Of a stretch of DNA of 26,013 nucleotides, positions 10,864 through 20,459 are shown in pieces. Source of the stretch: Octopus sinensis. Its lineage: Eukaryota. The stretch lies in assembly GCF_006345805.1 (NCBI RefSeq), contig NW_021835624.1, positions 1-26,013 on the forward strand, read 5' to 3'. Under the pieces are notes generated by a model. It saw nothing but the letters and a program-made list of their open reading frames with translations. It did no database searches and was not told the origin of the DNA. Each line of letters opens with the position of its first letter. Position 1 is the first letter of the stretch. Position numbers and translations under genes: made by a program.

Positions 10864-11610
10864 AAGGAGGCGAGCTGGCAGAAACGTTAGCACGCCGGGC
10901 GAAATGCTTAGCCGTATTTCGTCTGCCGCTACGTTCTGAGTTCAAATTCCGCCGAGGTCGACTTTGCCTTTCATCCTTTCGGGGTCGATTAAATAAGTAC
11001 CAGTTACGCACCGGGGTCGATATAATCGACTTAATCCGTTTGTGTGTCCTTGTTTGTCCCCTCTGTGTTTCTTTACTACTTGTGGGTAGTAAAGAAATAG
11101 GTATTTCGTCTGCCGTTAGTTCTGAGTTCAAATCCGCCGAGGTCGACTTTGCCTTTCATCCTTTCGGGGTCGATTAAATAAGTACCAGTTACGCACCGGG
11201 GTCGATATAATCGACTTAATCCGTTTGTCTGTCCTTGTTTGTCCCCTCTGTGTTTAGCCCCTTGTGGGTAGTAAAGAAATAGGTATTTCGTCTGCCGTTA
11301 CGTTCTGAGTTCAAATTCCGCCGAGTTCGACTTTGCCTTTTATCCTTTCGGTGTCGATTAAATAAGTACCATTTAGATATGATCGACGTAATCCGTTTGT
11401 CTGTCCCTGTTTGTCCCCTCTGTGAGCAGTAAAGAAATAGGTATTTTGTCTATTTTTTCGTTCTGAGTTCAAATTCCTCCGAAGTCGACTTTGTTTTTCA
11501 TTCTTTCCGTGTCAATAAAATAAGTACTAGTTGAAAACTGGGGTCTATGTAATCAACTTCTCCTCGCCCTCGAAAATGCAGGCCTTGTGCCAAAATTTGA
11601 AACCAATATT
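10864..11610 (+). mobile_element. Family A tetramer: headed A2 unit, two head-less A2 units and an older head-less A3 unit
   Basis: Junctions AAGAAATA|GGTATTT at 11099/11100, 11281/11282 and 11439/11440. The final unit is more diverged and ends GCCAAAATTTGAAACCAATATT. Confidence 0.93.
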
Positions 11611-11713
11611 TCATATCCTGAATTTTAAATGAGCTGAGAAATATTTGACTGCTATTTTTAGCAGGTCAAGCGACTCATAAAGCTTTCTCGTTGGCTCACT
11701 TGTTATTAATCAT

Positions 11714-11880
11714 GTTGTTGGCAGAACCGGCAATACTGTGATAAAAATGACTGGCATTGTTTAGTTTTGTCATTTACATTCTGAGTCCTAATCCAACTGG
11801 GAGAAGCAGTCTTTCTCCTTGCCTCCTCTTCCTTCGGATCAATTGAATAAATACCAGTCAAATATTGCTGTCAATATAAT
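11714..11880 (+). mobile_element. Very old family A-like SINE remnant
   Basis: TTGGCAGAA...TTTACATTCTGAGTCCTAATCC...AAATACCAGTCAAATATTGCTGTCAATATAAT follows the family A order with heavy divergence. Confidence 0.55.
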
Positions 11881-11929
11881 TAAACTTTTGAAAGATAAAT
11901 TATATCGTCTGTTTCAATTATTTTGCGTT

Positions 11930-12188
11930 CAACTTCGACTCTAGACTTGGAGACGCAAGTAGACTGTGGGGCAGACCTGTCTTCCCAGAAAAGATAGTGG
12001 TAACATTACATTGGCCAGACTTGTTTCTGCTCTCCGGGAATACCAAAACAATAATCGTGGTCGAACTTACAATTTCCTGGGAAGACAGACTCGATGTTTT
12101 CCAACAAGGAAAGAAATCGAAATATCAGGGCTTAGTCGACAAGGATCTAGTCAAGGGCTGGCATGCAGCCTCATTTCGCATTGAAGTA
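11930..12188 (+). pseudogene. Decayed restriction-like endonuclease (RLE) domain of a non-LTR retrotransposon, HERO/R2-superfamily-like
   Basis: With one frameshift near 11970 it reads D(L)ETQVDCG/RPVFPEKIVVTLHWPDLFLLSGNTKTIIVVELTISWEDRLDVFQQGKKSKYQGLVDKDLVKGWHAASFRIEV. This follows the recalled RLE pattern DW..VDLG..FP.I..T.LRPD...ELT.PWE...K..KY..LV...GW.A..P.EV. No RT domain is present nearby. Confidence 0.8.
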
Positions 12189-12234
12189 TTGCTGCTGCCA
12201 CTTTCCATCTGGGTCAGTGCTTTATTTTCTCAAG

Positions 12235-12725
12235 AATGTACACATTCTGTCTTGGTATAAAAAATGGGCTGCAGGAAATATTCTGCTTAATACCACAGAT
12301 TTGTTTGCCAGTTGTTTGACCATAACCAGTTGAGCATGTCCTTTGGTGTCTGACAATATGTGCATTTCTGATCACGAGCAGAAGAAGTGGGGAGTACCAT
12401 AGCCATCATATGTTGAGAGGAATTCTTTGGGGTTTGAATACTTCACGTTTGGAAACATGGGGCTTTCATCATCCTTAAACAATTCTTATTCAGGGTCCTT
12501 TTGAGCGGGATGGGTGAGTCGACCTGAAAAAAATTTTCACTGGGCCCCACCTGCAAAGTAATGCGCTGTTTATCTTGATATGAGATCACCGTGTCGCGCA
12601 CATATGGTTATGATGCATGTGTACCCATGTCAGAAGGGTAGTCATCATGGGTATGCTGGGCTTCGTATATTTGTAACCTAGCGTCAGATTGATGGCATGC
12701 GCTGCTCTCTCACTCAATACGAATA
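12235..12725 (+). mobile_element. Interspersed repeat, probably a LINE 3' UTR fragment
   Basis: High-complexity, relatively GC-balanced block ending CTCTCTCACTCAATACGAATAAT, like a decayed (AAT)n tail. It resembles an Octopus repeat I recall, but there is only one copy in this window. Confidence 0.4.
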
Positions 12726-12855
12726 ATTTCAGTTATAGGCACAATACTTGAAGCATTGGGGGAGGGAACGAGTTGATTACATTGACTTTAGTACGTGACT
12801 AGTACTTCTTTTATCGACCCTCGAATTAATGAAGGGCAAAGTCGATCTCGGCAGA
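12726..12855 (-). mobile_element. 3' half of family A SINE
   Basis: ATAGGCACAA...GGGGGAGGG...TTGATTACATTGAC...TTTTATCGACCCTCG...GGCAAAGTCGATCTCGGCAGA. Confidence 0.78.
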
Positions 12856-12857
12856 CT

Positions 12858-12908
12858 CCTACTACTACTACTACGACGACGACGACGACAACCACCACCA
12901 CCACCACC

Positions 12909-12963
<55 letters not shown>
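12858..12963. repeat. Compound trinucleotide microsatellite (CTA)(CGA)(CAA)(CCA)(CTA)
   Basis: Direct observation. All blocks are in the same phase. Confidence 0.97.
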
Positions 12964-12966
<3 letters not shown>

Positions 12967-13169
12967 GTTTTTAACATGACTACTGAAATCTTGCGGGGTG
13001 GGGAAGTCGATGTCATCGACCTCAATATGCGAATTGCATTTGATGTAAAAACAAAACAGATAAAAACAAAAATTCAAAATTCAAAACAAAAAAAAAACAA
13101 AAAAAAACTGAAGAAATCCTGCTAACCCGCTCCGCTTTCATTGCTAACCTCGTGTCTAAATTTTGAACC

Positions 13170-13187
13170 CACCATCACTACCATCAT

Positions 13188-13231
<44 letters not shown>

Positions 13232-13249
13232 TACTACTGTTGCTGCTGC

Positions 13250-13297
<48 letters not shown>

Positions 13298-13370
13298 TCT
13301 TCTTCTTCTTCTTCTTCTTATTATTATTATTATTATTATTATCATTACTATTATTGTTATTATTATTATA
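13170..13370. repeat. Compound (ACT)n/(ATT)n/(TCT)n microsatellite
   Basis: Direct observation. Confidence 0.96.
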
Positions 13371-13825
13371 GTATTTCGGCTATTCCATTATGCAGATATA
13401 AATTCCACGTGCACCAGGTAACTGTCAGACACATGAGCATAAAATTGCAAACACATGGGCTGATTCTTGTCGTTCTTCTGGCTATTTCCGTGCCAACAGA
13501 GCTGACAGCAATATATAGGCAGACGACAACAAAAACCGATGACGACGACAAAAAAAAAACAAAAAAACTTACAAACAAAAAAAAAACGAAAACAGACAAT
13601 AGCAATAAGAGCCAACTATAAATAACATTAAGTGTAGTGCAAAGCTTAGGAGATATCTCAGAGGTATTTCCCCGAAAATGATGCATTAAACATGTCTTAT
13701 GTCTTCATTTTAAGCATACGTATGCAAATTTTATGCCAAAATGCTAACGACATACTCACACACATATGTCCACATCCATACATAGATTACATGACAAGAC
13801 ATGCACACATCCACACACACAAACG

Positions 13826-13829
<4 letters not shown>

Positions 13830-13856
<27 letters not shown>

Positions 13857-13895
13857 CGTATATATATATATATATTATACACATATATATATACG

Positions 13896-13931
<36 letters not shown>

Positions 13932-14380
13932 ATATACGTATATATATATATGTGTAATATATATATAATATATATAAGATATATATATATATATCATATA
14001 TGTATGTATATGTATGTATATATATATATATTATATATATATATGCACTGACATATATACATGCATACGTACATATACATGTGTGTATATATGTATGTAT
14101 GTATATATATGTATATATATATATACATATATATACATATATATCTTTCCAAGTAAGTTTATATATATATATATAGACATAATATATATATAAATATATA
14201 TATATGTATACATATATTTGCATATATAAACACAAGCACACATACACACACACATATACATACGAAATGTATATTTATACACACATATACATACATATAT
14301 ACATATATATACATATATATATATATGAGTGTGTAAATATATATATATGCACTATGCACACATAAACACACACACACGTA
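13830..14380. repeat. Degenerate (TA)n/(TACA)n low-complexity tract
   Basis: Direct observation. Confidence 0.95.
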
Positions 14381-14969
14381 TTCATACTAAGAAGTGCTTT
14401 AAAAGATAATTAAACGAAAACATACGAAAACAAAACGGAAATAACACAAAAAGAAACACAACAATTATAAAAAAAAAACGTAAACGAACAAACAATACAA
14501 ACATGAATTGTAAATAAAAGCTGAATTCGCCATGTTTGTGTAACGTCCGTTAATTCTGTCACATCTAACTGACGCGACTGAAGATTATGCATAATTCTCA
14601 ATAATCACGTCTTCCGCTATTACGTCAATTCGCCGGTCAAATATCTCTGTTTATATTCACGCTATATTTCCATTCACTCTATTTATGACGATTGTTTTGA
14701 GTCTCTGTTTGCTAGGTTTTCGTTGTAAAAGTCCTACTATCTGTAAAATTTTGTCTATTTTATCCATCACCTTTATATATATATAATTTTATCCGTTCGT
14801 GTGTCGTTCGTCTGATATATGTAAAAAAAAAAGATGTTTTGGCGACCTGCTTTCTAGAGATGTGGTGCTTTGTTTACCCTTTTTGCAGTTTTAGTTTTGA
14901 AAATTTTTACTTTGAATTATCATGCATGAGAAAGGTTCTGACTATCACAGTAGAAATGAAATATGTACA

Positions 14970-15513
14970 TCTCTATATATATAAACAGCAGTTTGTCTGT
15001 CTGTGTGTCTGTGTGTCTGTCAGGTTGTACCCTCACCCTGACCACGGTTTTCAGCCGATTCTGATGAAACTTGACACACACATAGCCCAATGTCATAATT
15101 CAAAACTAACGCAGCGAAAATTTTGAAAAGTTCCCCCAGTTTTGAAAAAAATCGATAAATTCGACATGGGGTCGAGAATCTCAGCTTTTTATATGCAACA
15201 TTTTCTGTTGTAGTTTTCGCAACTTGCAATCGATTTTCACCAAACTCATGGTGAAACTTAATGTTACCCTAAGAAACTTAATTCTGACGTTAGTTTTCCA
15301 TGCAATACCATACCATCAGAAAAAATCGATAAAATCATGCCATTTTTGGGAAATCGCGTTTCGCCCAAAGGGACAGCTAGGAACATGTATACACAGAAGA
15401 CATTGCAACCTACACATGCACCTTCGTTCCCTATGAGAGAAAGGACTAGATTGGATTAGTCGTTGCCTACTAGGGCTCTTACATACCCGGGCAACGCCGG
15501 GCTATGCTGCTAG
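14970..15513 (+). mobile_element. Non-autonomous Helitron, 544 bp
   Basis: 5' end TCTCTATATATATAAA after a host A (14969), a GTCT/GTGTCT run, a subterminal hairpin CCCGG-GCAACG-CCGGG (15486-15501), and 3' CTAG (15510-15513) before a host T. There is no target-site duplication, matching the canonical A|TC...CTRR|T signature. Confidence 0.85.
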
Positions 15514-15594
15514 TTCTTATATAACACACGTATATATGTGTTCATGCAAGTACAGACATATACACACATATACACTTAGATATACATATACATA

Positions 15595-15613
15595 TTAACA
15601 TACACACACACAC

Positions 15614-15667
<54 letters not shown>

Positions 15668-15803
15668 ATGTGTTGTATGTATATATAAGTACAAATAGAT
15701 GGATAGATATATAGATATAAATGCGTATATATTCATAGACATACAAATATATTCAGTACTCATGCACACACAGACATACATATGAATGCATGGGTCTGTG
15801 TAC

Positions 15804-15878
<75 letters not shown>

Positions 15879-15880
15879 GT
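15595..15880. repeat. (TA)n, (TG)n and long (TATC)n microsatellites
   Basis: Direct observation. The near-perfect TATC run spans about 15804-15877. Confidence 0.95.
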
Positions 15881-15968
15881 TAGCTAGCCAGCTTGGTGAC
15901 TATTATCTATCTCGTCTCTTTATTATATAAATAAAGAGAGAGAGAGAGAGAGGGAGAGAGAGGGGGGA

Positions 15969-16119
15969 GGGCGGGGTGATAAGAAGCTTGCTTCCCAGCC
16001 ACATGGTTCCTGGTTCAGTCTCACTGAGTGGCAACTTGAGCAACTGCATTCTGCTATTACCTCGAGCCGACCAAAGCCTCGTGAGCGGATTTGGTAGACG
16101 AAACTGAAAGAAGCCTGTC

Positions 16120-16125
<6 letters not shown>
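15969..16125 (+). mobile_element. 5' half of family B SINE ending in (TA)n
   Basis: AAGAAGCTTGCTTCCCAGCCACATGGTTCCTGGTTCAGTC...GGATTTGGTAGACGAAACTGAAAGAAGCCTGTCGTATATA. Confidence 0.85.
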
Positions 16126-16157
<32 letters not shown>

Positions 16158-16544
16158 GTATATACATACGTACATATAAATGTATATAGATTGTTTTAGG
16201 GTTTGATCCTCCTATAATCAAACGACTGTGCTAGGACACCAAACCTGTTTTAAACTACAGTTTGGCATTGTCCCAGCACATGAAACTAATAGTAGCAATC
16301 TAAAAATTCAAGAAATCTCCAGATTTGACGTGCAGTTAAAGAAAATGACAGTTTTAATGTCTGTAGATAAGAGGACAGTCATGGACATGTGGTTTTGGTT
16401 CAATAGCCATCGTCTACGAAAATCGTCCTTAGGCGTTATGCAAAATGAGTTTAAGTATTTTCCACACCTCTTCTACCCCCTCCTCTTGTCCTTCCCATTA
16501 CTAATGCCATCATCATGAGAACGACAATCTCGACCGCCGCTATC

Positions 16545-16571
16545 ACAACACCACCGCCGCCGCCACCGCCG

Positions 16572-16614
<43 letters not shown>

Positions 16615-16624
16615 TGCCACCACC

Positions 16625-16656
<32 letters not shown>

Positions 16657-16745
16657 CAACAACACTATCACCACCGCTACCACCACCACCACCACCACGA
16701 CTCCCACATCTGCCACCACTGCCACCACCATCATCACTACTATTA
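16545..16745. repeat. (CCG)n/(CCA)n/(CAA)n compound microsatellite
   Basis: Direct observation. It is the source of the poly-Pro and poly-Ala ORFs. Confidence 0.96.
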
Positions 16746-17598
16746 CTCTAGCCGTTATCATTGTTACAAAGTTTATAACATGGTTTCAAATGCATTTCTT
16801 GTGTACCACACAAAAAACAAAAATGTCAGAAAAATAGATACTTCACAAAAACAAAAAAACGAAAACAAAAAAAGAATCACCTACAACAATAACATTATCA
16901 TCATCGACAACAACAATAGATAATAGTGAGAATGTTAATAATGATAATAGTGATAATAATACTAATAATGATAACAACAAGAACAGCAATAAGAACGGTA
17001 GAAAGAGGAGTAACAACAGCAAAATGAAATCCCTGGGGTTTACAAATAATCCCCGTCATTATCTGCTTCTGCAAAGATTTTATCAGCAGTAAGGACGGGG
17101 TGAGATAAAACTTTATCTACCTTATGAAGCCACACAAACATACACACACACACATAGAGAGAGAGAAGGAAACACGTGTACATGGGGAATAGCTTATCTT
17201 CTAAGCGTGTTTCATTAAGTATACAACTATGTTCAATTTTTATATTTCTAATTTTATATTTTCCGTATTTTCTTCTCAGTTGTTTTCATAATTTCTTAGT
17301 CTCTGCTTTCCTTTTACAGTTGGTTTGGGACAATAGACTACTTAAAGTGATGTTCGACTTTGTCAGACATTCCCAGTTTCAATTTCAAGTGATGCCCATA
17401 TATGTATATATATATATATAATATTCAATTCTTGAAAATGAGCCTGTGAATGTCTGGAAACGTCGAATATAAATTTAGGAATCTTATCTTTCTCAGTCAA
17501 GTAAAGGATCTAATAGGTAAGTACAAAGAATCTAAAACGAAAAATACTAAACTGGAACATAGTTGTGTAGTAAATGAAACATGGATTATATTATATAT

Positions 17599-17636
<38 letters not shown>

Positions 17637-18024
17637 CTCTTTTACTTGTTTCAGTCATTTGACTGCAGCCATGCTGGAGCACCGCCTTTAATCGAGCAAC
17701 TCGACCCCGGGACTTATTCTTTTGTAAGCCCAGTACTTAATCTATCGGACTCTTTTGCCGAACCGCTAAGTGACGGGAATATAAGCACACCAGCATCGGT
17801 TGTCAAGCAATGCTAGGGGGACAAACACAGACAGACAAACACACACACGCATATATATACATATATACGACAGGCTTCTTTCAGTTTCCGTCTACCAAAT
17901 CCACTCACAAGGCTTTGGTCGGCCCGAGGCTATAGTAGAAGACACTTGCCCAAAGTGCCACGCAGTGGGACTGAACCCGGAACCATGTGGTTCGTAAACA
18001 AGGTACTTACCACACAGCCACTCC
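17637..18024 (-). mobile_element. Full-length family B tRNA-derived SINE with CORE-like centre
   Basis: Minus-strand head GGAGTGGCTGTGTGGTAAGTACC...GGGTTCAGTCCC (A and B boxes), CORE-like TTTGGGCAAGTGTCTT, an internal TA/TG linker and tail ...GACTGAAACAAGTAAAAGAG. Confidence 0.94.
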
Positions 18025-18584
18025 ATTATATATATATATAATATCAATAATAATAAAGGGTAAAAGTAATTAATTAATTAATTAATAATTAATAATCTAA
18101 GCAAGTAGCTTCGGCATGTTAAAAGAATCATTACCGGTAAATTTAAATAATAATTTTTATAATTATGAATATAATTATAATTGAGGTTCTGGCGTTTGCT
18201 AAATTACCTTGAGAACATTCCTTCTAGTGGTAAGACCATAGCGGATCTTCTTGTAGCATAATGGATGTCCACTTACAGGTCATCCCTTTTAATATTCTGT
18301 ATATATATATTATATATATATATCTATATATATATATATATATATACAATATCTGTATATATATATATATATATCTTATGTATGTATATATGTATATATA
18401 TGTATATATACACACACACACCAACACATTATATATCCATATATACATATATACACACAAACACATATATATATTATATATATATATTATATATATAGAT
18501 ATATATATATATCTATATATATATGCTGGTTGTCTACTACTTATGCAGAGTCTGATCACCTCTTGTACTTACACCGGGGATCCA

Positions 18585-18901
18585 TTATGGCGTCAGATGT
18601 GACCTTTTAACCTGACAATAATTTGAAAAGACACCCACATAAATTGCATATCTGCTTTGGACCATCATGGACTGCAGTTACGCTCTGGTCTTTGTGAATC
18701 TTAAAATGTCTCTTGAGGCCTCTGTCCGACTTGTAGACCTTATGACATACATGGTATTGACAGGTGTGCACAGATGGATAGGCAGAAAAGCTGTTGGAGT
18801 TTCGTTTATCATGGATCCGCAAATGAGATTTGAACCCAACAAAAGAAAACCGTGGTCTGTCACATATTGTGCGCACAAAAAATGTAGTTGGGATTCATTT
18901 T
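18585..18901 (-). pseudogene. Decayed triple C2H2 zinc-finger fragment, probably the C-terminus of an RTE-like LINE ORF
   Basis: Finger 1 is FLC/TICDRPRFSFVGFKSHLRIH (extra GC at 18871-18872 shifts the frame). Finger 2 is CQYHVCHKVYKSDRGLKRHFKIH. Finger 3 is CNLCGCLFKLLSG, broken by a stop or frameshift before SHL. Fingers 1 and 2 have C-X12-H-X3-H spacing and long non-TGEKP linkers. Confidence 0.7.
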
Positions 18902-18960
18902 CTGTACATACATATGTAATTCCATGTAGTTGCTTATACAAGTATGTATACGTGTACGAA

Positions 18961-19272
18961 GGCGCATGGCTCAGTGGTTAGAGCATCGAGCTTACGATCG
19001 TAAGGTTGTGAGTTCGAATCCCGGACCGGGTTGCGTGTTGTGTTCTTGAGCAAGACACTTTATTTCACGTTGCTCCATTTCACTCAGCTGTAGAAATTAG
19101 TTGCGATGTCACAGGTACCAAGCTGTATCGGCCTTTGCCTGGTAGCGTGGAGAGGGGACGCTTGTATGCATGGGCGACTGCTGGTCTTCTAAAAACAACC
19201 TTGCCCGGACTTGTGCCTGGGAGGGTAACTTTCTCGGTGCAACCCCACGGTCACTCATGACCGAAGAGGTCT
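18961..19272 (+). mobile_element. Family E tRNA-derived SINE (D-like head and CORE-like centre, different tail)
   Basis: GGCGCATGGCTCAGTGGTTAGAG...GAGTTCGAATCCCGG head. TTGAGCAAGACACTTTATTTCACGTTGCTCC is shared with family D. Confidence 0.9.
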
Positions 19273-19543
19273 CAGCATACGTATACATATTCTCTATGAG
19301 TGTGTGAATTAATAAGCTTTACTACATTCAATAAGAACGTTTTTCTCCCTGCCTACCCAATCTTGATATGCAAAATATAAGAAATAGATATATTTTTCCA
19401 ATATAAGAACGACCATGGAACAGTGGAAGTCATAGAAAGACGTACTAAAACGTTTGTAGCGAACTTCTAGTAGTTTATATTCCGAGGTTAAAACCTACTT
19501 GTGTTAGTCTTGCATTTCATCTCGTCAAGGTGGCGATAACATA

Positions 19544-20231
19544 TTGGGTTGTCCGGAAAGTTCGTGCCGATTTTTAAAGGAAAGAAAAAAGTCAATAAAT
19601 ACTTGCCATTACATTTTAAATCAACTAAATATGAACCATTTTGTTGCACAATGCGTCTTCCAGAATTGAGGTGGTTTCATAGCAAATAATTCATCTAGGT
19701 ATCTTTTTACGTCATCCAAGGAATTGAAATTTTTACCATTAAGGCTATTCTGCAGAGACCTGAATAAGTGGAAATCCGAAGGAGCAGCATCTGGTGAATA
19801 TGGAGGGTTAGGTAACGCATCCTAGCCGAGCTGCAGCAATTTTTGTCTGGTTCCCAAAGCATCAAGTGCCGAAAATGAACTTTCTTATCTTCCATTTTAA
19901 TGGGTTACAAAATTAACACAGGTTATATATATAAAGAAATAATGCCAAAATAACCTATGTGGGAGGGTGGTGGAGGTGTGAGATATTGAAATTAAACTCC
20001 ACCCCGACCCGACCTGGACGAAGAAGAAGAAGAAGATAGCTTAAACTGTGCTCTAAATGAAGGTGTAGTCAAATTCTATTTTATGGACTCAACCATGTTC
20101 TAAAATAAGTCTGTTTCTTTATTAGCCACAAGGGCCCAAAATAGAGGGGGACAAACAAGGACAGACAGGACACCACAGAGGGGACAATACTAAGCTACTA
20201 TAAATCGGTACGAAGTTTCCGGACAACCCTA
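19544..20231 (-). mobile_element. Internally deleted mariner (Tc1/mariner DD34D-type) DNA transposon
   Basis: 30-bp terminal inverted repeats TTGGGTTGTCCGGAAAGTTCGTGCCGATTT (19544-19573) and its near complement (20202-20231), each flanked by TA. The minus strand encodes N-terminal MEDKKVHFRHLMLWE joined out of frame to C-terminal TRQKLLQLG*DALPNPPYSPDAAPSDFHLFRSLQNSLNGKNF...QFW/RRIVQQNGSYLVD, which contains the YSPDLAPSD-like motif. Confidence 0.93.
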
Positions 20232-20294
20232 TATCTTCTCATTGTTGTTCAGCCATAATCCAACATAAGCCATGATCATCCCGTTTTGCTTTCA

Positions 20295-20428
20295 TCACCA
20301 TCGTCATCATCATCATCAGCATCATCATCGTCGTCGTCGTCATCATCATCATCATCAATGCCATCACCATAACCACAAGTAACATCGCTACCACCACAGC
20401 TAACATCACTACTACCAACGTGAAAACC

Positions 20429-20459
<31 letters not shown>

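Noticed and set aside
10716-11177. Recurrent ORFs such as MRNWYLLYRPRKDERQSRPRRNLNS and LIDPERMKGKVD
   Set aside because: They are translations of the antisense strand of family A SINE copies, not proteins.
11930-12725. RLE fragment and the following UTR-like repeat as one contiguous LINE 3' end
   Set aside because: The reading frame loses the expected continuation after IEV, and about 45 bp of unrelated sequence intervenes. Continuity cannot be shown without a consensus.
16515-16761. Poly-Pro/poly-Ala ORFs as a coding exon
   Set aside because: They are fully explained by trinucleotide repeats, with no flanking complex coding sequence or convincing splice sites.
18257-18590. 10-bp inverted repeat CATAATGGAT/ATCCATTATG as MITE termini
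   Set aside because: The similarity decays quickly beyond 10 bp and there is no target-site duplication.
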